A DNA stretch of 64,000 bases from Girardia tigrina (lineage: Eukaryota): positions 1 through 64,000 of the forward strand of contig MQRK01225091.1 in the NCBI GenBank assembly GCA_001938485.1, written 5' to 3'. A model generated the notes under the pieces. That model had not been told where the DNA came from, made no database searches, and saw only the letters and a list, made by a program, of their open reading frames with translations. The translations under genes and the position numbers were made by a program. Position 1 is the stretch's first letter. The number at the start of each line of letters is the position of its first letter. This document shows positions 63,870 to 64,000 of the stretch, piece by piece.

Positions 63870-64000
63870 TGATTGAATACGTCACAGAAAAACAATGGGG
63901 AAATCAGCTTGTAGATTTTTCCAGAGACTAAAATTAGCGGATTTCGAATTGTCTAGAATACTTAGGCATTGAATAGGAACAATATAATTATATTACTCCG

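Overview
Very AT-rich eukaryotic (probably invertebrate) scaffold with several N gaps, made up mostly of decayed transposable elements. These are two copies of one mariner family with intact TIRs (1286-2541, 23734-25010), a Mos1-like mariner (56921-58204), older mariner/Tc1/pogo/hAT/MULE relics, Helitron/DINE-like non-autonomous elements, an RTE-type LINE at the right end, and many short Penelope-like (PLE) GIY-YIG endonuclease remnants, often arranged as inverted (fold-back) pseudo-LTRs beside (TA)n tracts. Host-like coding sequence is limited to an intronless, disrupted PAICS (SAICAR synthetase) copy, a gap-interrupted protein-kinase ORF and an unidentified disrupted ORF at about 60 kb. Three things stand out. 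(1) A set of minimal type-I hammerhead ribozyme motifs in PLE repeats, several in inverted pairs. (2) One hammerhead fold-back enclosed by MULE-type TIRs with an 8-bp target-site duplication. (3) An unrecognised dispersed family (7 copies with a sharp TGTGAGG terminus, 2 more partial) that carries a conserved CTCC..C.CAGATGG box, a Cys-rich N-terminal ORF and a downstream NPAxCR motif. All calls were made by eye; no database searches or folding programs were run.
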